In this document: one piece after another, positions 50,599-60,594 of the stretch
How the letters are laid out: every line of letters begins with the position of its first letter
Numbering within the stretch: the first letter of the stretch is position 1
Assembly: GCA_020832345.1 (NCBI GenBank)
Contig: JAFIEY010000155.1
Span: 4,581 to 68,580, forward strand
Source: Cryomorphaceae bacterium
GTDB taxonomy: Bacteria > Bacteroidota > Bacteroidia > Flavobacteriales > Schleiferiaceae
DNA: 64,000 bases
Direction of reading: 5' to 3'
Notes under the pieces: model-generated
Told to the model about the DNA's origin: nothing
Seen by the model: only the letters and a program-made list of their open reading frames with translations
The model's database searches: none
Made by a program: the position numbers and the translations under genes

Positions 50599-51768
50599 TT
50601 ATTCAGTGGCTAATTTTAGTGCGTTATCAAGGTCTTTTACCAAGTCCTTTGCATCCTCCAACCCCACGCTCAGCCGTATTAATGAATCCGATAGTCCGGC
50701 CTTTAAACGGTCCTCGCGAGGAATGGCCGCGTGGGTCATGCTCGCGGGATGACCGGCCAGACTTTCCACGCCGCCTAAAGATTCTGCAAGGGTAAATATT
50801 TTCAAGGAAGAAACCAAGGTAAACGCGCGTTCAATGGCATCATCCTTTAATTCAAAGGAAAGCATACCGCCAAATCCGCGCATCTGCTTATTGGCAACTT
50901 CGTGACCTATATGTCCCGGAAATCCCGGCCAATAGACTTTTTTTACAGCGGGATGACTAATGAGAAACCGCGCAATGGCCTCCGCATTTTCGCAATGCCG
51001 CTGCATTCTAACATGCAGGGTTTTGATGCCGCGCAAGGCTAAAAAACTGTCCATGGGGCCGCAAATGGCACCACTGGAATTTTGAATAAAATACAGCTTA
51101 CCCGCGAGGTCTTCGTCGCGAACGACCAAGGCGCCCAGCACCAAATCCGAATGGCCACCAAGATATTTGGTAACCGAATGCATCACGATATCCGCACCCA
51201 AATCGAGTGGCGTTTGCAGATAGGGCGTGGCAAAAGTATTGTCAACCACCAATGTGAGCTCATGGGATTTGGAAATTTGCCCCAGTTTTTTGATGTCAAA
51301 AATTCGCAGCAGAGGATTGGTCGGGGTTTCGGCCCAAATCATTTTGGTTTTATCGTTGATCAATCCCTTAACTTCATCTTCGTTGTTGAGGTCAATGAAG
51401 TGAAAAACAAGGCCCCATTTGGCAAAAATTGACGTAAACAATCGATAAGTCCCACCGTAAAGATCATTAGACGCGATAACTTCATCGCCCGGTGCGAGGA
51501 GCTTCATCACCGCATCGATGGCGGCCAATCCGGATCCGAATGCTAGACCGAATTTTCCTTTTTCAATTGCGGCCAAACTGTTTTCCAGCGCATGACGGGT
51601 AGGGTTTTGAGTCCGAGAATATTCGTAACCTTTATGCTTTCCGGGCGCTTCCTGAACATACGTTGAGGTTTGGTAAATGGGGGGCATCACCGCCCCGGTA
51701 GAAGGATCCGGCTTTTGTCCTCCGTGAATACTCAATGTTCCTATACCTATATTGTGTTCCTTTGCCAT
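50599..51768 (-). CDS. Trans-sulfuration PLP enzyme (cystathionine gamma-synthase / gamma-lyase / beta-lyase family)
   Basis: 389 aa from ATG 51768 ([17 protein letters not shown]) with the PLP-Lys motif [11 protein letters not shown]. The extra 63 codons of the track ORF (to 51957) are a translated family-1 element. Confidence 0.88.
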   Translation of the reverse strand: MAKEHNIGIGTLSIHGGQKPDPSTGAVMPPIYQTSTYVQEAPGKHKGYEYSRTQNPTRHALENSLAAIEKGKFGLAFGSGLAAIDAVMKLLAPGDEVIASNDLYGGTYRLFTSIFAKWGLVFHFIDLNNEDEVKGLINDKTKMIWAETPTNPLLRIFDIKKLGQISKSHELTLVVDNTFATPYLQTPLDLGADIVMHSVTKYLGGHSDLVLGALVVRDEDLAGKLYFIQNSSGAICGPMDSFLALRGIKTLHVRMQRHCENAEAIARFLISHPAVKKVYWPGFPGHIGHEVANKQMRGFGGMLSFELKDDAIERAFTLVSSLKIFTLAESLGGVESLAGHPASMTHAAIPREDRLKAGLSDSLIRLSVGLEDAKDLVKDLDNALKLATE

Positions 51769-51822
51769 TTGAATTATTTTTTCACCGGCAAAGGTAATGG
51801 CTAATTTTGTAGGGTGAAATAA

Positions 51823-51956
51823 TGAGTCTGCTCTAAAAAGTCCCTTTCTGCCAAAATCTTCCTTGTCGGTAGATTTTCGAATCCTAACTTGCTCCGGTTC
51901 AAAAATCCCTTCCGCGTCGATTTTGATTGAAATCATCCTTGTTTGGAGTGGACTCA
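51823..51956 (+). mobile_element. Family-1 element, full-length form A, in a divergent promoter region
   Basis: Both termini are intact. It lies between the starts of 50599-51768 (-) and 52020-52943 (+). Confidence 0.85.
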
Positions 51957-52019
51957 AACTTGACTTGGCAAAAAAACCAAATTATGGCGTTTTTTTGCCG
52001 CCCATTTAATATCCAAGTT

Positions 52020-52943
52020 ATGACTGAAAAACCCTTTCGCACGCCCTTAATTCGGCAGCCACTTTTGTCCCAATGGATGGGTGGAGACGTGTATCTCAAA
52101 TGTGAAAACCTGCAACAAACCCACTCATTTAAAGCGCGGGGCGCATACCACGCAGTTTCTCTATTAGATAAAACGGCAAAAGAAAAAGGCGTCATTACGC
52201 ATAGCTCAGGCAACCACGGTCAAGCGCTTGCGTGGGCGGCAAAATCTCATGGCATAGAAGCCCATATTGTGGTGCCTGAAAATGCGCCTCCCATTAAAAT
52301 AGCTGCCATAAAACAACAAGGGGGAATCGTGCATTTTTGCGCTTCAGGCATGGATGAACGCGAGGTAAAAATGAGGGAAATTCAAAATCTGCACGGTCAA
52401 ATCTTTATTCCGCCATACAACCACGAGCACATCATTCGCGGACAAAGTACCTGTGCTAAAGAGATTTTGGAAGAACAGCCCCGACTAAACGCCATTCTCG
52501 CGCCGGTGGGTGGTGGTGGACTCCTTAGCGGAACAGCTTGGGCCACAAAAACCACAAATCCCAAAATTCAGGTTTTGGGCTGCGAACCGGAAGCCGCCGA
52601 CGATGCCGCCCGAAGCTTTAAAGCCAAGAAACTCATTCACCCCGGGAATCCCGACACCATTGCGGATGGTTTACGCACCGGCTTAGGTGATCTTACCTTT
52701 AATTATATATTAAATTACGTGGACGACATTTATACAGTTGACGAAAACGAAATCGTGCAGGCGTGGGCATTTGCCATCCACCGATTAAAAATGATCATGG
52801 AACCCAGTTGTGCAGTGCCCTTGGCCGTACTCAAAAAACATCGATCGGCGTTAAAGGGGAAATCAATCGCAATTATTATCACCGGGGGAAATGTGGATAC
52901 GCAAACCTTGCCAAATGCTTCAAAAGCTTTGGGATTTATGTAA
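52020..52943 (+). CDS. PLP-dependent threonine/serine dehydratase (serine-racemase-like fold type II enzyme)
   Basis: 307 aa from ATG 52020 (MTEKPFRTP). KCENLQQTHSFKARGA (PLP Lys), SSGNHGQALA and GGGGLLSG. The first 31 codons of the track ORF start inside the family-1 element. Confidence 0.85.
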   Translation: MTEKPFRTPLIRQPLLSQWMGGDVYLKCENLQQTHSFKARGAYHAVSLLDKTAKEKGVITHSSGNHGQALAWAAKSHGIEAHIVVPENAPPIKIAAIKQQGGIVHFCASGMDEREVKMREIQNLHGQIFIPPYNHEHIIRGQSTCAKEILEEQPRLNAILAPVGGGGLLSGTAWATKTTNPKIQVLGCEPEAADDAARSFKAKKLIHPGNPDTIADGLRTGLGDLTFNYILNYVDDIYTVDENEIVQAWAFAIHRLKMIMEPSCAVPLAVLKKHRSALKGKSIAIIITGGNVDTQTLPNASKALGFM

Positions 52944-52988
52944 TACCTTTGCCCGCCACACCAATATTTATCACCATTATTACATCCA

Positions 52989-53972
52989 ATGAAGACACTA
53001 ATTGACGCCCTTCCGCAACACCTTATCGAAGCCAATACAATTTATCAAAACACCACCCTTCAACCCGCAGAAAATCGGATTGAAAACCTGGTAATCACCG
53101 GCTTGGGTGGCTCCGGAATTGGGGCATCCATCGTTGCAGAAATGTTGCGCGGACAACTTCAAGTACCGGTAACCATCAATAAAGATTACGACATACCTGC
53201 ATTTGCCGGAAAAAACACCCTCGTAATTGCTTGCAGTTATTCTGGAAATACTGAGGAAACCCTTTCAGCCGTAGAAGCCGCTCATCATCGCGGATGTATG
53301 GTAGCCGCGCTGAGTTCGGGAGGAAAACTGGTAGATTTTGCGAAAAAACACAATCTCAATCACTTTATTGTACCCGGAGGAAATCCACCACGCTCCATGT
53401 TGGGCTATAGTTTGGTTTTGCTCTTTGCCTATATGGAGCACTATGAGCTTGCAAAAACCGGCGTATCAGAATGGACGAAGTCCGCTTCCGAATTATTGCG
53501 CAATGAACACGATGCCGCCAACGCTGAGGCATTGAAAATTGCCGAAGTCTTTAAAAACAAAATAGCTGTGGTTTATGCTTGCGACGGCATGGGCGCACTT
53601 GCTACACGCGTTCGTCAGCAACTAAACGAAAACAGTAAAATGGTTGGCTGGGACGGCGTAATCCCCGAAATGAATCACAACGAACTGGTGGGGTGGCACT
53701 TTGAGCATCCCGAAATCGCCGTTTTGATTTTACGTACCGCTTTTGAGCATCCCCGAAACACCATGCGTGCTGAACTCAACCGCGACATCCTGCTCAAAAA
53801 AACACCCAATGTAGTGGAAATCCACGCCAAAGGCAAATCGCCCATCGAATCGGCATTTTACCTCATCCACCTCACAGATTTGCTTTCGTACCACCTATCT
53901 GAAATGCACGCGGTAGATATTATGGACATAGACGTAATCGACTATCTCAAAGGAGAATTGGCAAAAAGGTAA
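52989..53972 (+). CDS. SIS-domain bifunctional phosphoglucose/phosphomannose isomerase family protein
   Basis: 327 aa. ITGLGGSGIGASIV...IACSYSGNTEET. Confidence 0.8.
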   Translation: MKTLIDALPQHLIEANTIYQNTTLQPAENRIENLVITGLGGSGIGASIVAEMLRGQLQVPVTINKDYDIPAFAGKNTLVIACSYSGNTEETLSAVEAAHHRGCMVAALSSGGKLVDFAKKHNLNHFIVPGGNPPRSMLGYSLVLLFAYMEHYELAKTGVSEWTKSASELLRNEHDAANAEALKIAEVFKNKIAVVYACDGMGALATRVRQQLNENSKMVGWDGVIPEMNHNELVGWHFEHPEIAVLILRTAFEHPRNTMRAELNRDILLKKTPNVVEIHAKGKSPIESAFYLIHLTDLLSYHLSEMHAVDIMDIDVIDYLKGELAKR

Positions 53973-53977
53973 TAGCG

Positions 53978-54685
53978 ATGTTGATCAATGTGGATAGAAT
54001 GGTGAAGCTGGAAAACCTCGGGATAATTGACTATAAAAAAGCCTGGGACTACCAGGAGCAATTATTTGCAGAAATAGTTGACGCCAAAGTTCAACTCCGA
54101 AAAAATACGGAAGCCCCACTGCCGCAAAATCACTTACTCACCTGCGAACATCCCCACGTTTATACCCTTGGCAAATCGGGAAAACAGCAACATCTCCTAA
54201 TCAGTGATGAAATGCTTCAAAAACTGGGGGCTACCTATTACAAAATCAATCGGGGTGGCGATATTACCTATCACGGTCCCGGCCAGGTGGTGATCTATCC
54301 CCTATTCGATCTGGATCAGTTTTTCACCGATATTCACAAGTATTTGCGGTACTTGGAAGAGGCTGTCATTCGGACACTGGCGGATTACGGAATCCAGGCC
54401 GGACGATCCGCTGGGGAAACCGGCGTTTGGTTAGATGCGGGTTCGCAAAACCCAAGAAAAATATGCGCCATGGGCGTTCGGGCTTCCCGCTGGGTGACCA
54501 TGCACGGACTGGCGCTCAATGTGCAACCCGATATGAAATATTTTGATCACATCATTCCCTGCGGTATCCAAAATAAAGCCGTGACCAGTATGGAGAGAGA
54601 ACTGGGAAAACCACTTCCGCTGGATGAAGTCAGGGACAAACTTTGCGGGTATTTGGGCGAGCTATTTCAATTTGTGGCATCATAA
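53978..54685 (+). CDS. lipB: Lipoyl(octanoyl) transferase
   Basis: 235 aa. RGGDITYHGPGQVVIYP...KICAMGVR (catalytic Lys region)...PCG. The start could be the internal Met at 53999. Confidence 0.9.
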   Translation: MLINVDRMVKLENLGIIDYKKAWDYQEQLFAEIVDAKVQLRKNTEAPLPQNHLLTCEHPHVYTLGKSGKQQHLLISDEMLQKLGATYYKINRGGDITYHGPGQVVIYPLFDLDQFFTDIHKYLRYLEEAVIRTLADYGIQAGRSAGETGVWLDAGSQNPRKICAMGVRASRWVTMHGLALNVQPDMKYFDHIIPCGIQNKAVTSMERELGKPLPLDEVRDKLCGYLGELFQFVAS

Positions 54686-55090
54686 AAACTGAGGTAATTG
54701 ACCCATTTGGGAGGCGGGAAAAAAACTTTGAAAATTCTAAAAACGCACCCCCTTATCAACAATCAGTGTGAATTACTTTTCCCGTTTTTGGAAACGATGT
54801 GCTTGCATAGGCCGGTTTTCAACAAAATCAACCGATTCACAACGTCGAAATTATACGGTTTGTTAATAACTCCAATTTATTGTGAAAAATTAAAGCCTTC
54901 TTTAGTGGCAAAGTTTGGTCAAATTTGAAAAAGCAAAAAGGGCAAAAAGCATTTTTTTGGTGTACAGCTTTCCGAATTTATTTTGAGAAAACCGGAAAAA
55001 CCGGGTACAATACACTGGAATACAAATGACAAAAACGAACGACCCTTCAAGCTTTAAAAAATTTAATCAGGAACCAGAAAATCGTCGATC

Positions 55091-56095
55091 ATGAAAGAAG
55101 GCAACAGCAACGAACCCATTCTCACCGAAAACAAAAACCGCTTTGTACTATTCCCCATTCAACATAATGACATTTGGGATTACTACAAAAAACAAGAAGC
55201 CAGCTTTTGGACCGCAGAGGAAATCGACCTGCACCAAGACATGACTGATTGGGAAAACAAACTCAACGAAGACGAGCGTTATTTCATCAAACACATCCTC
55301 GCATTTTTCGCAGCCAGCGATGGTATCGTCAATGAAAATTTGGCCGAAAACTTCGTGAATGAAGTTCAATATACCGAGGCGAAATTCTTTTACGGTTTTC
55401 AAATCATGATGGAAAACATCCATTCGGAAACCTATTCGCTCCTCATCGACACCTATATTAAAGACAAAGAAGATGCAAACCGCCTCTTCAACGCCATTGA
55501 GAATTTCCCCGCCATCAAGAAAAAAGCAGATTGGGCATTGCGCTGGATTGATTCACCTTCTTTTGCCGAGCGTCTGATCGCTTTTGCCGCTGTAGAGGGC
55601 ATCTTTTTTAGCGGATCTTTCTGTTCCATTTTCTGGTTGAAAAAACGCGGACTTATGCCGGGACTAACTTTCTCAAACGAATTGATTTCCCGCGATGAAG
55701 GTCTGCACTGTGATTTCGCCGTTCACCTGCACAACAACCACTTGGTCAATAAAGTGCCCAAAGAACGCATTCGTCAGATTATTGTAGAAGCACTCGAAAT
55801 CGAACGCGAATTCATCACCGAAAGTTTGCCTGCCCGTCTAATCGGAATGAACTCAGACCTCATGACCCAATACTTAGAGTTTGTTACCGACCGTTTATTA
55901 GTTGAGCTCGAATGTGAAAAAGAATACAACGTCGAAAATCCATTCGATTTCATGGAAATGATCTCGCTTCAGGGAAAAACCAATTTCTTTGAAAAACGTG
56001 TAGGTGAATACAAAAAGGCTTTTGTCAACACCTCCTCCAGTACCGACGAAAACAAAGAGAAAAAAGACACCTTCTCTTTCGACGACAACTTTTAA
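55091..56095 (+). CDS. nrdB: Class Ia ribonucleotide reductase beta subunit
   Basis: 334 aa. Di-iron and Tyr-radical motifs: [29 protein letters not shown] and ISRDEGLH. Confidence 0.95.
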   Translation: MKEGNSNEPILTENKNRFVLFPIQHNDIWDYYKKQEASFWTAEEIDLHQDMTDWENKLNEDERYFIKHILAFFAASDGIVNENLAENFVNEVQYTEAKFFYGFQIMMENIHSETYSLLIDTYIKDKEDANRLFNAIENFPAIKKKADWALRWIDSPSFAERLIAFAAVEGIFFSGSFCSIFWLKKRGLMPGLTFSNELISRDEGLHCDFAVHLHNNHLVNKVPKERIRQIIVEALEIEREFITESLPARLIGMNSDLMTQYLEFVTDRLLVELECEKEYNVENPFDFMEMISLQGKTNFFEKRVGEYKKAFVNTSSSTDENKEKKDTFSFDDNF

Positions 56096-56225
56096 AAACC
56101 CGCCGATCAATAACGTACCCCGGTTCAAGGTGCCGGGGCGTTTAACTGACGGCTAACCTTTAAAGGCGCAAATGAATAAAACTACACACAACCTAATTCA
56201 GGAAAAAATTTAAAAAGCCATTGCC

Positions 56226-58667
56226 ATGTTTGTAATTAAAAGAGACGGAAGAAAAGAACCGGTCAAGTTCGATAAAATCACTGCCCGCGTTGAAAAGCTG
56301 TGTTACGGACTCAGCGAAATTGTCAATCCCACCACCGTGGCCGTCAAAGTCATCGAAGGGATTTACGATGGTGTAACGACCACCGAACTCGACAGTTTGG
56401 CTGCGGAAATTAGCGCCAGCATGACAACGCGCCACCCCGACTACGCAAAACTGGCCGCCCGCATCGCCGTTTCAAACCTGCACAAAAACACCGAAAAATC
56501 TTTTTCGGAAACCATGCGCACGCTGCACACCTATATCAACCCAAAAACCAATCTGCAATCCCCACTCATTGCCGATGATGTGATGGAAATCATCGAAGCC
56601 AATGCCGAGCGATTGGATTCAACCATCATTTACGATCGTGATTTTGGGTACGACTACTTTGGGTTCAAAACCCTTGAGCGTTCGTACTTGCTGCGCATCA
56701 ATGGAAAAATTGCCGAGCGTCCGCAACACATGCTCATGCGCGTTTCTGTGGGCATCCACAAAGAAGATATCGAATCGGCCATCAAAACCTACGAGTTGAT
56801 GTCCAAAAAATTCTTCACGCACGCTACGCCAACACTTTTCAACGCCGGTACGCCCAAGCCGCAAATGTCGTCCTGTTTCCTACTCACCATGAAAGACGAC
56901 AGCATTGACGGAATTTACGATACCTTAAAGCAATGTTCAAAAATCTCTCAGTCGGCAGGTGGAATCGGATTGGCAATCCACAATGTGCGCGCTACCGGAA
57001 GTTACATTCGCGGCACCAACGGCACCAGCAACGGCATTGTTCCCATGCTTCGCGTATTTAACGACACCGCCCGTTATGTAGATCAAGGCGGCGGAAAACG
57101 CAAAGGATCCTTTGCCATTTATATGGAACCATGGCACGCCGACATCAACGATTTCCTCGACCTAAAAAAGAATCACGGAAAAGAAGAAAACCGCGCCCGC
57201 GATTTGTTTTATGCCCTGTGGATTTCCGACCTCTTTATGGAACGCGTTGAAAGCGATGGAAAATGGACACTCATGTGCCCCAACGAATGCCCCGGTCTCG
57301 ACGAAGCCTACGGTGCAAAATTCCGCGAACTTTACGAAAGATACGAGGCCGAAAACAAAGGTCGCAAAACCATCAAAGCACGCGAACTGTGGACCAAAAT
57401 CGTTGAGTCACAAATTGAAACGGGCACACCATACATGCTCTATAAAGATGCAGCCAACGAAAAATCCAACCAGAAAAACCTGGGCACCATTCGTTCGTCA
57501 AACCTTTGTACCGAAATCTTAGAATATACTTCACCCGACGAAGTGGCCGTTTGCAACCTCGCCTCTTTGGCCCTGCCCATGTTTATCGAGGACAACAAAT
57601 TCAACCACCAATTGCTGTATGAGGTCACCTATCAGGTCACCAAAAACCTCAACAAAGTCATCGACCGGAATTACTATCCCGTGCCCGAGGCGCGTAACAG
57701 CAACATGAAACACCGTCCCGTGGGATTGGGCATCCAGGGCCTCGCCGATGCCTTTATCATGTTGCGCATGCCATTCACCAGTGAAGAAGCCCGCCAGCTC
57801 AACAAGGATATTTTCGAAACCATTTACTACGCTGCCCTTTGCGCATCAAAAGACGAAGCCAAAGCCGACGGCGCATACGAAACCTTTAAAGGTTCACCCA
57901 TTTCTGAGGGTAAGTTCCAGTTTGATTTGTGGAACATCGATGCCGCCGACCTGAGTGGTCGCTGGAATTGGGAAAGCCTCCGCAGCGAAGTGGTCGAACA
58001 CGGGGTGAGAAACAGCCTTTTGTTGGCCCCCATGCCAACTGCCTCCACATCACAAATTCTCGGCAACAACGAATGTTTCGAGCCTTATACATCAAACATT
58101 TATACCCGTAGAGTACTAAGCGGAGAATTCGTCGTCGTCAACAAGCACCTATTGCTCGATCTGGTCGAACTCGGCTTGTGGGATGAAGAAATGAAGAACG
58201 AAATCATCCGCGCCAACGGAAGTGTCCAGCACATCGAAAACATCCCAGAGGAGATCAAAGTGTTGTACAAAACCGTTTGGGAAATGAGCATGAAAGACAT
58301 CATCGACATGGCGGCAGACCGCGGAATTTTCATCGATCAATCCCAAAGTCTGAACCTCTTCGTAGAGAGTCCCAATCTCGGCAAACTCACCTCCATGCAT
58401 TTCTATGCCTGGAAAAAAGGTCTGAAAACCGGAATGTACTACCTTCGCACCAAGTCCGCCACCGACGCCATTAAATTTACCGTGGGCAAAAAAGCCGTGG
58501 CAGAACCCAGCATCACCGCCGAAAGTCTTCAGCAAAGACAAGTTGACACCAAAACCCTAGGCGAGAAACGTTCGCAGGAACTTTTGGCCGCCAACGGATA
58601 TACCGCCGAAGAGGCCCTCGCGTGTTCGATTGATAATCCCGATGAGTGCGAAGCTTGCGGATCATAA
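56226..58667 (+). CDS. nrdA: Class Ia ribonucleotide reductase alpha subunit with N-terminal ATP-cone
   Basis: 813 aa. [16 protein letters not shown] (ATP-cone), [21 protein letters not shown], and the C-terminal Cys pair CEACGS. Confidence 0.95.
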   Translation: MFVIKRDGRKEPVKFDKITARVEKLCYGLSEIVNPTTVAVKVIEGIYDGVTTTELDSLAAEISASMTTRHPDYAKLAARIAVSNLHKNTEKSFSETMRTLHTYINPKTNLQSPLIADDVMEIIEANAERLDSTIIYDRDFGYDYFGFKTLERSYLLRINGKIAERPQHMLMRVSVGIHKEDIESAIKTYELMSKKFFTHATPTLFNAGTPKPQMSSCFLLTMKDDSIDGIYDTLKQCSKISQSAGGIGLAIHNVRATGSYIRGTNGTSNGIVPMLRVFNDTARYVDQGGGKRKGSFAIYMEPWHADINDFLDLKKNHGKEENRARDLFYALWISDLFMERVESDGKWTLMCPNECPGLDEAYGAKFRELYERYEAENKGRKTIKARELWTKIVESQIETGTPYMLYKDAANEKSNQKNLGTIRSSNLCTEILEYTSPDEVAVCNLASLALPMFIEDNKFNHQLLYEVTYQVTKNLNKVIDRNYYPVPEARNSNMKHRPVGLGIQGLADAFIMLRMPFTSEEARQLNKDIFETIYYAALCASKDEAKADGAYETFKGSPISEGKFQFDLWNIDAADLSGRWNWESLRSEVVEHGVRNSLLLAPMPTASTSQILGNNECFEPYTSNIYTRRVLSGEFVVVNKHLLLDLVELGLWDEEMKNEIIRANGSVQHIENIPEEIKVLYKTVWEMSMKDIIDMAADRGIFIDQSQSLNLFVESPNLGKLTSMHFYAWKKGLKTGMYYLRTKSATDAIKFTVGKKAVAEPSITAESLQQRQVDTKTLGEKRSQELLAANGYTAEEALACSIDNPDECEACGS

Positions 58668-58670
58668 ATT

Positions 58671-58793
58671 GTCTTTGAAGTAAAACGCCATAGACTTCGT
58701 TACTTATAGTTTTTAAATCAGTTACTTATTCATATAAGCGCCTTAGATTTATAAACTAAAAAAGCCTCGTCTATGACATTTTCTTGCAAAGAC
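58671..58793 (+). repeat. Family-2 palindromic post-stop element (copy after nrdA)
   Basis: GTCTTTGAAGTAAAAC...TATAGTTTTTAAATC-loop-AGATTTATAAACTA...ATTTTCTTGCAAAGAC. It starts 3 nt after the nrdA TAA stop and is collinear with the groEL copy. Confidence 0.8.
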
Positions 58794-58799
58794 CAAAAA

Positions 58800-58974
58800 G
58801 GAGGTTTTAATACAAAGCCTAGGGCGCCAGCCGGGCTATCCATTCCAAGTCCTCGCCCCCCAGGCACATTCAGTAAGCCGGAGAAGAGCTTCTAAGGTCG
58901 CTCTTCTCCGGCTTCTTCATGTATGCCTGTGGGGCTGTGGGCTTTCCATTTCTATCCCTGGCGCGAAAACCCCC
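58800..58974. ncRNA. Candidate rod-shaped structured RNA (unclassified)
   Basis: Nested complementary segments. GGAGGTTTT (58800-58808) pairs with AAAACCCCC (58966-58974). GCGCCAG (58824-58830) pairs with CTGGCGC (58958-58964). CCCCCAGGCACAT pairs with ATGTATGCCTGTGGGG. A perfect 13-bp apical stem, GCCGGAGAAGAGC (58877-58889) with GCTCTTCTCCGGC (58900-58912), has a 10-nt loop. Two same-sense strands of about 23-25 nt form a large internal bubble. Confidence 0.35.
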
Positions 58975-58985
58975 GCACGCATCGC
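58932..58985 (+). repeat. 54-bp direct repeat, copy 1 (3' arm of the rod structure)
   Basis: GGGCTGTGGGCTTTCCATTTCTATCCCTGGCGCGAAAACCCCCGCACGCATCGC. It is identical to 60419-60471 except for a 1-nt A-run length difference. Confidence 0.9.
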
Positions 58986-59093
58986 ATGTATTTTAGCACA
59001 GATTGCAGTTATCTGCACACCATCGGGGCTATTATTGTGAAGGGTTTTGCATCTGGTGTCAACCAAAGTTGTGATGAAGGCACTTATAAATTA

Positions 59094-59109
59094 TGAGTCC
59101 ACTCCAAAA
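59094..59109 (-). repeat. Family-1 element, 16-nt terminal fragment
   Basis: TGAGTCCACTCCAAAA is the reverse complement of the family-1 right terminus. Nothing else of the element is present. Confidence 0.5.
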
Positions 59110-59176
59110 TTGTAGGCATAATGTTATTTGTTATACGCCTCATAACGTGTCTATTACCGTATGGAAATTCTTTTAA

Positions 59177-60292
59177 TTACCTTTGGTGCGTGCTACAAAG
59201 TTCATAATTTGTGCTTCGTCCACCGCTTGCATCTTTTTGTAAAATATCCTTCTTCATTAAATCTTGAATATCTCGGAGAGCAGTATCCTGTGAGCACTTG
59301 TTGATTTTCGCCCATTTCGATGTCGTCAACTTTCCATCAAAACCATCCAGTAGTCTGTTTATTATTTTTTGCTGCCTATCATTGAGAATTGTTGTAGCAT
59401 GTAATTTCCAAAATTCTGCTTTTTGAAATACTTTAGATAAAGTTTCTTCTGAGGAATAAATCGCATTTAATAAGCATTGTAAAAACCACAAAATCCACTC
59501 TGTAATATCTGAATTTCCTTTTTGTGTTTTCTCAAGTTTTTCGTAATACTTTTTCCTATCCATTCTAATTTGAGCCGACATGCTATAAAAACGTCTAATA
59601 CTCTTATCTGAACGAGCCAACATCATGTCCGTAATTGCCCGTGTAATTCGTCCGTTCCCGTCATCGAATGGGTGAATTGTCACGAACCAAAAATGAGCAA
59701 TAGCTGCCTTAAGAACCAAATCTATTTCATGCTCGCTTTCAAACCAATCTAAGAACGCATTCATCTCTGCTTCTATCCTTTCTGAACTTGGCGCTTGATA
59801 ATGAACTTTTTCTTTTCCCATAGGGCCCGAAACAACTTGCATGGGACCAGTCGTGTCTTTTCTCCAGTCTGCAACTGTGATTTTATAGAGATTACTCCAA
59901 CCTGAAGGGAATAGTGCAGCATGCCAACCAAACAACCTGTCTTTAGTCAAAGGCACATCATATCTTTGTGTAGCGTCAAGCATCATTTCAACGATTCCAT
60001 CAACGTGGCGATCCGATTCCACAGCGCCCGCAATATCTATTCCTAGTCGCCTAGCAATTGAAGAACGTACTTGTCCTATATCCAAAAACTCACCTTCTAT
60101 TTCTGAAGATTTAATCACATCTAAAGTAAGCGTGTTCAAAACCGCTTCATTTTGCAAATCAAAACCAAGCGATTCCATTTTACCCAACAGTCTTCCTTGT
60201 TGGTTTCTTGCTTCCCCAAGTTTTATCATCACTTTTTTATTGTCCCAAGTGAAGTCTGTCCAGTTTTCGTTCTCGTGAATATAAATTTTCAT
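59177..60292 (-). CDS. fic: Fic-family AMPylase (Fic_N, Fic core and C-terminal winged-helix-like domain), class II with an intramolecular inhibitory motif
   Basis: 371 aa from ATG 60292 (MKIYIHENENWTDFTW). Core motif HPFDDGNGRITRAITD. The inhibitory-helix-type motif SSEIEG fits (S/T)xxxE(G/N) and lies upstream of the core. AT-rich compared with neighbouring genes. Confidence 0.9.
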   Translation of the reverse strand: MKIYIHENENWTDFTWDNKKVMIKLGEARNQQGRLLGKMESLGFDLQNEAVLNTLTLDVIKSSEIEGEFLDIGQVRSSIARRLGIDIAGAVESDRHVDGIVEMMLDATQRYDVPLTKDRLFGWHAALFPSGWSNLYKITVADWRKDTTGPMQVVSGPMGKEKVHYQAPSSERIEAEMNAFLDWFESEHEIDLVLKAAIAHFWFVTIHPFDDGNGRITRAITDMMLARSDKSIRRFYSMSAQIRMDRKKYYEKLEKTQKGNSDITEWILWFLQCLLNAIYSSEETLSKVFQKAEFWKLHATTILNDRQQKIINRLLDGFDGKLTTSKWAKINKCSQDTALRDIQDLMKKDILQKDASGGRSTNYELCSTHQR

Positions 60293-60337
60293 TCTCCGCA
60301 AATTATGCGACAAATATACAGCTTATTCTCCGCAAAT
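60291..60337 (-). promoter_or_regulatory. Tandem 13-bp direct repeat at the fic start
   Basis: ATTCTCCGCAAAT occurs at 60291-60303 (overlapping the ATG) and at 60325-60337, giving a 34-bp period. On the coding strand it reads ATTTGCGGAGAAT. Confidence 0.3.
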
Positions 60338-60418
60338 GAAACCTATATTGCAACTACCCGACGTCAATTTTTAGGAATCTCTCTACCTCATGGTGAGAGT
60401 TTTGACATGCGTTGTCCC

Positions 60419-60471
60419 GGGCTGTGGGCTTTCCATTTCTATCCCTGGCGCGAAACCCCCGCACGCATCGC
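60419..60471 (+). repeat. 54-bp direct repeat, copy 2
   Basis: GGGCTGTGGGCTTTCCATTTCTATCCCTGGCGCGAAACCCCCGCACGCATCGC. It lacks the 5' partner arm, so it is a half-copy of the 58800-58974 structure. Confidence 0.9.
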
Positions 60472-60594
60472 TTGGAGATTAGCAAAATACCAGCATATCC
60501 GCTTTTGTGAAATATGCCACCGCTCAACCGTTTGCGGGATAAATAGTAAATCCTTATTTTTGTTCGCCATAAAGTCATCGAACATTCCGATTCA

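Noticed and set aside
51769-51822. Expected a SAM riboswitch upstream of the trans-sulfuration gene
   Set aside because: Only about 55 nt separate the ATG from the family-1 element, and they contain no SAM-I or SAM-II core sequences.
54698-54928. 76-aa ORF between lipB and nrdB
   Set aside because: I recognise no motif. It starts at a non-ATG codon and lies in the long nrdB upstream region, so it is probably non-coding.
54686-55090. Long (~400 nt) untranslated region upstream of nrdB, a possible riboswitch or NrdR boxes
   Set aside because: I could not find conserved riboswitch cores such as the B12 box, or a convincing paired NrdR-box pattern by eye. A cmsearch would be needed.
56117-56139. 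Hairpin CCCCGG...CCGGGG between nrdB and nrdA as an attenuator or terminator
   Set aside because: The stem is short (6 bp) and only a weak T-tract follows it. nrdB and nrdA are normally co-transcribed, so I do not call it as a feature.
58841-58850. Resemblance of ...CCATTCCAAG... to the 5S rRNA CCCATTCCGAAC box; also tested SRP RNA and integron attC interpretations of the 58800-58974 hairpin
   Set aside because: Only a short word matches 5S rRNA. There is no SRP GGAA-tetraloop or AGCAGCC-type motif. The ends have no RYYYAAC or GTTRRRY cores expected for attC.
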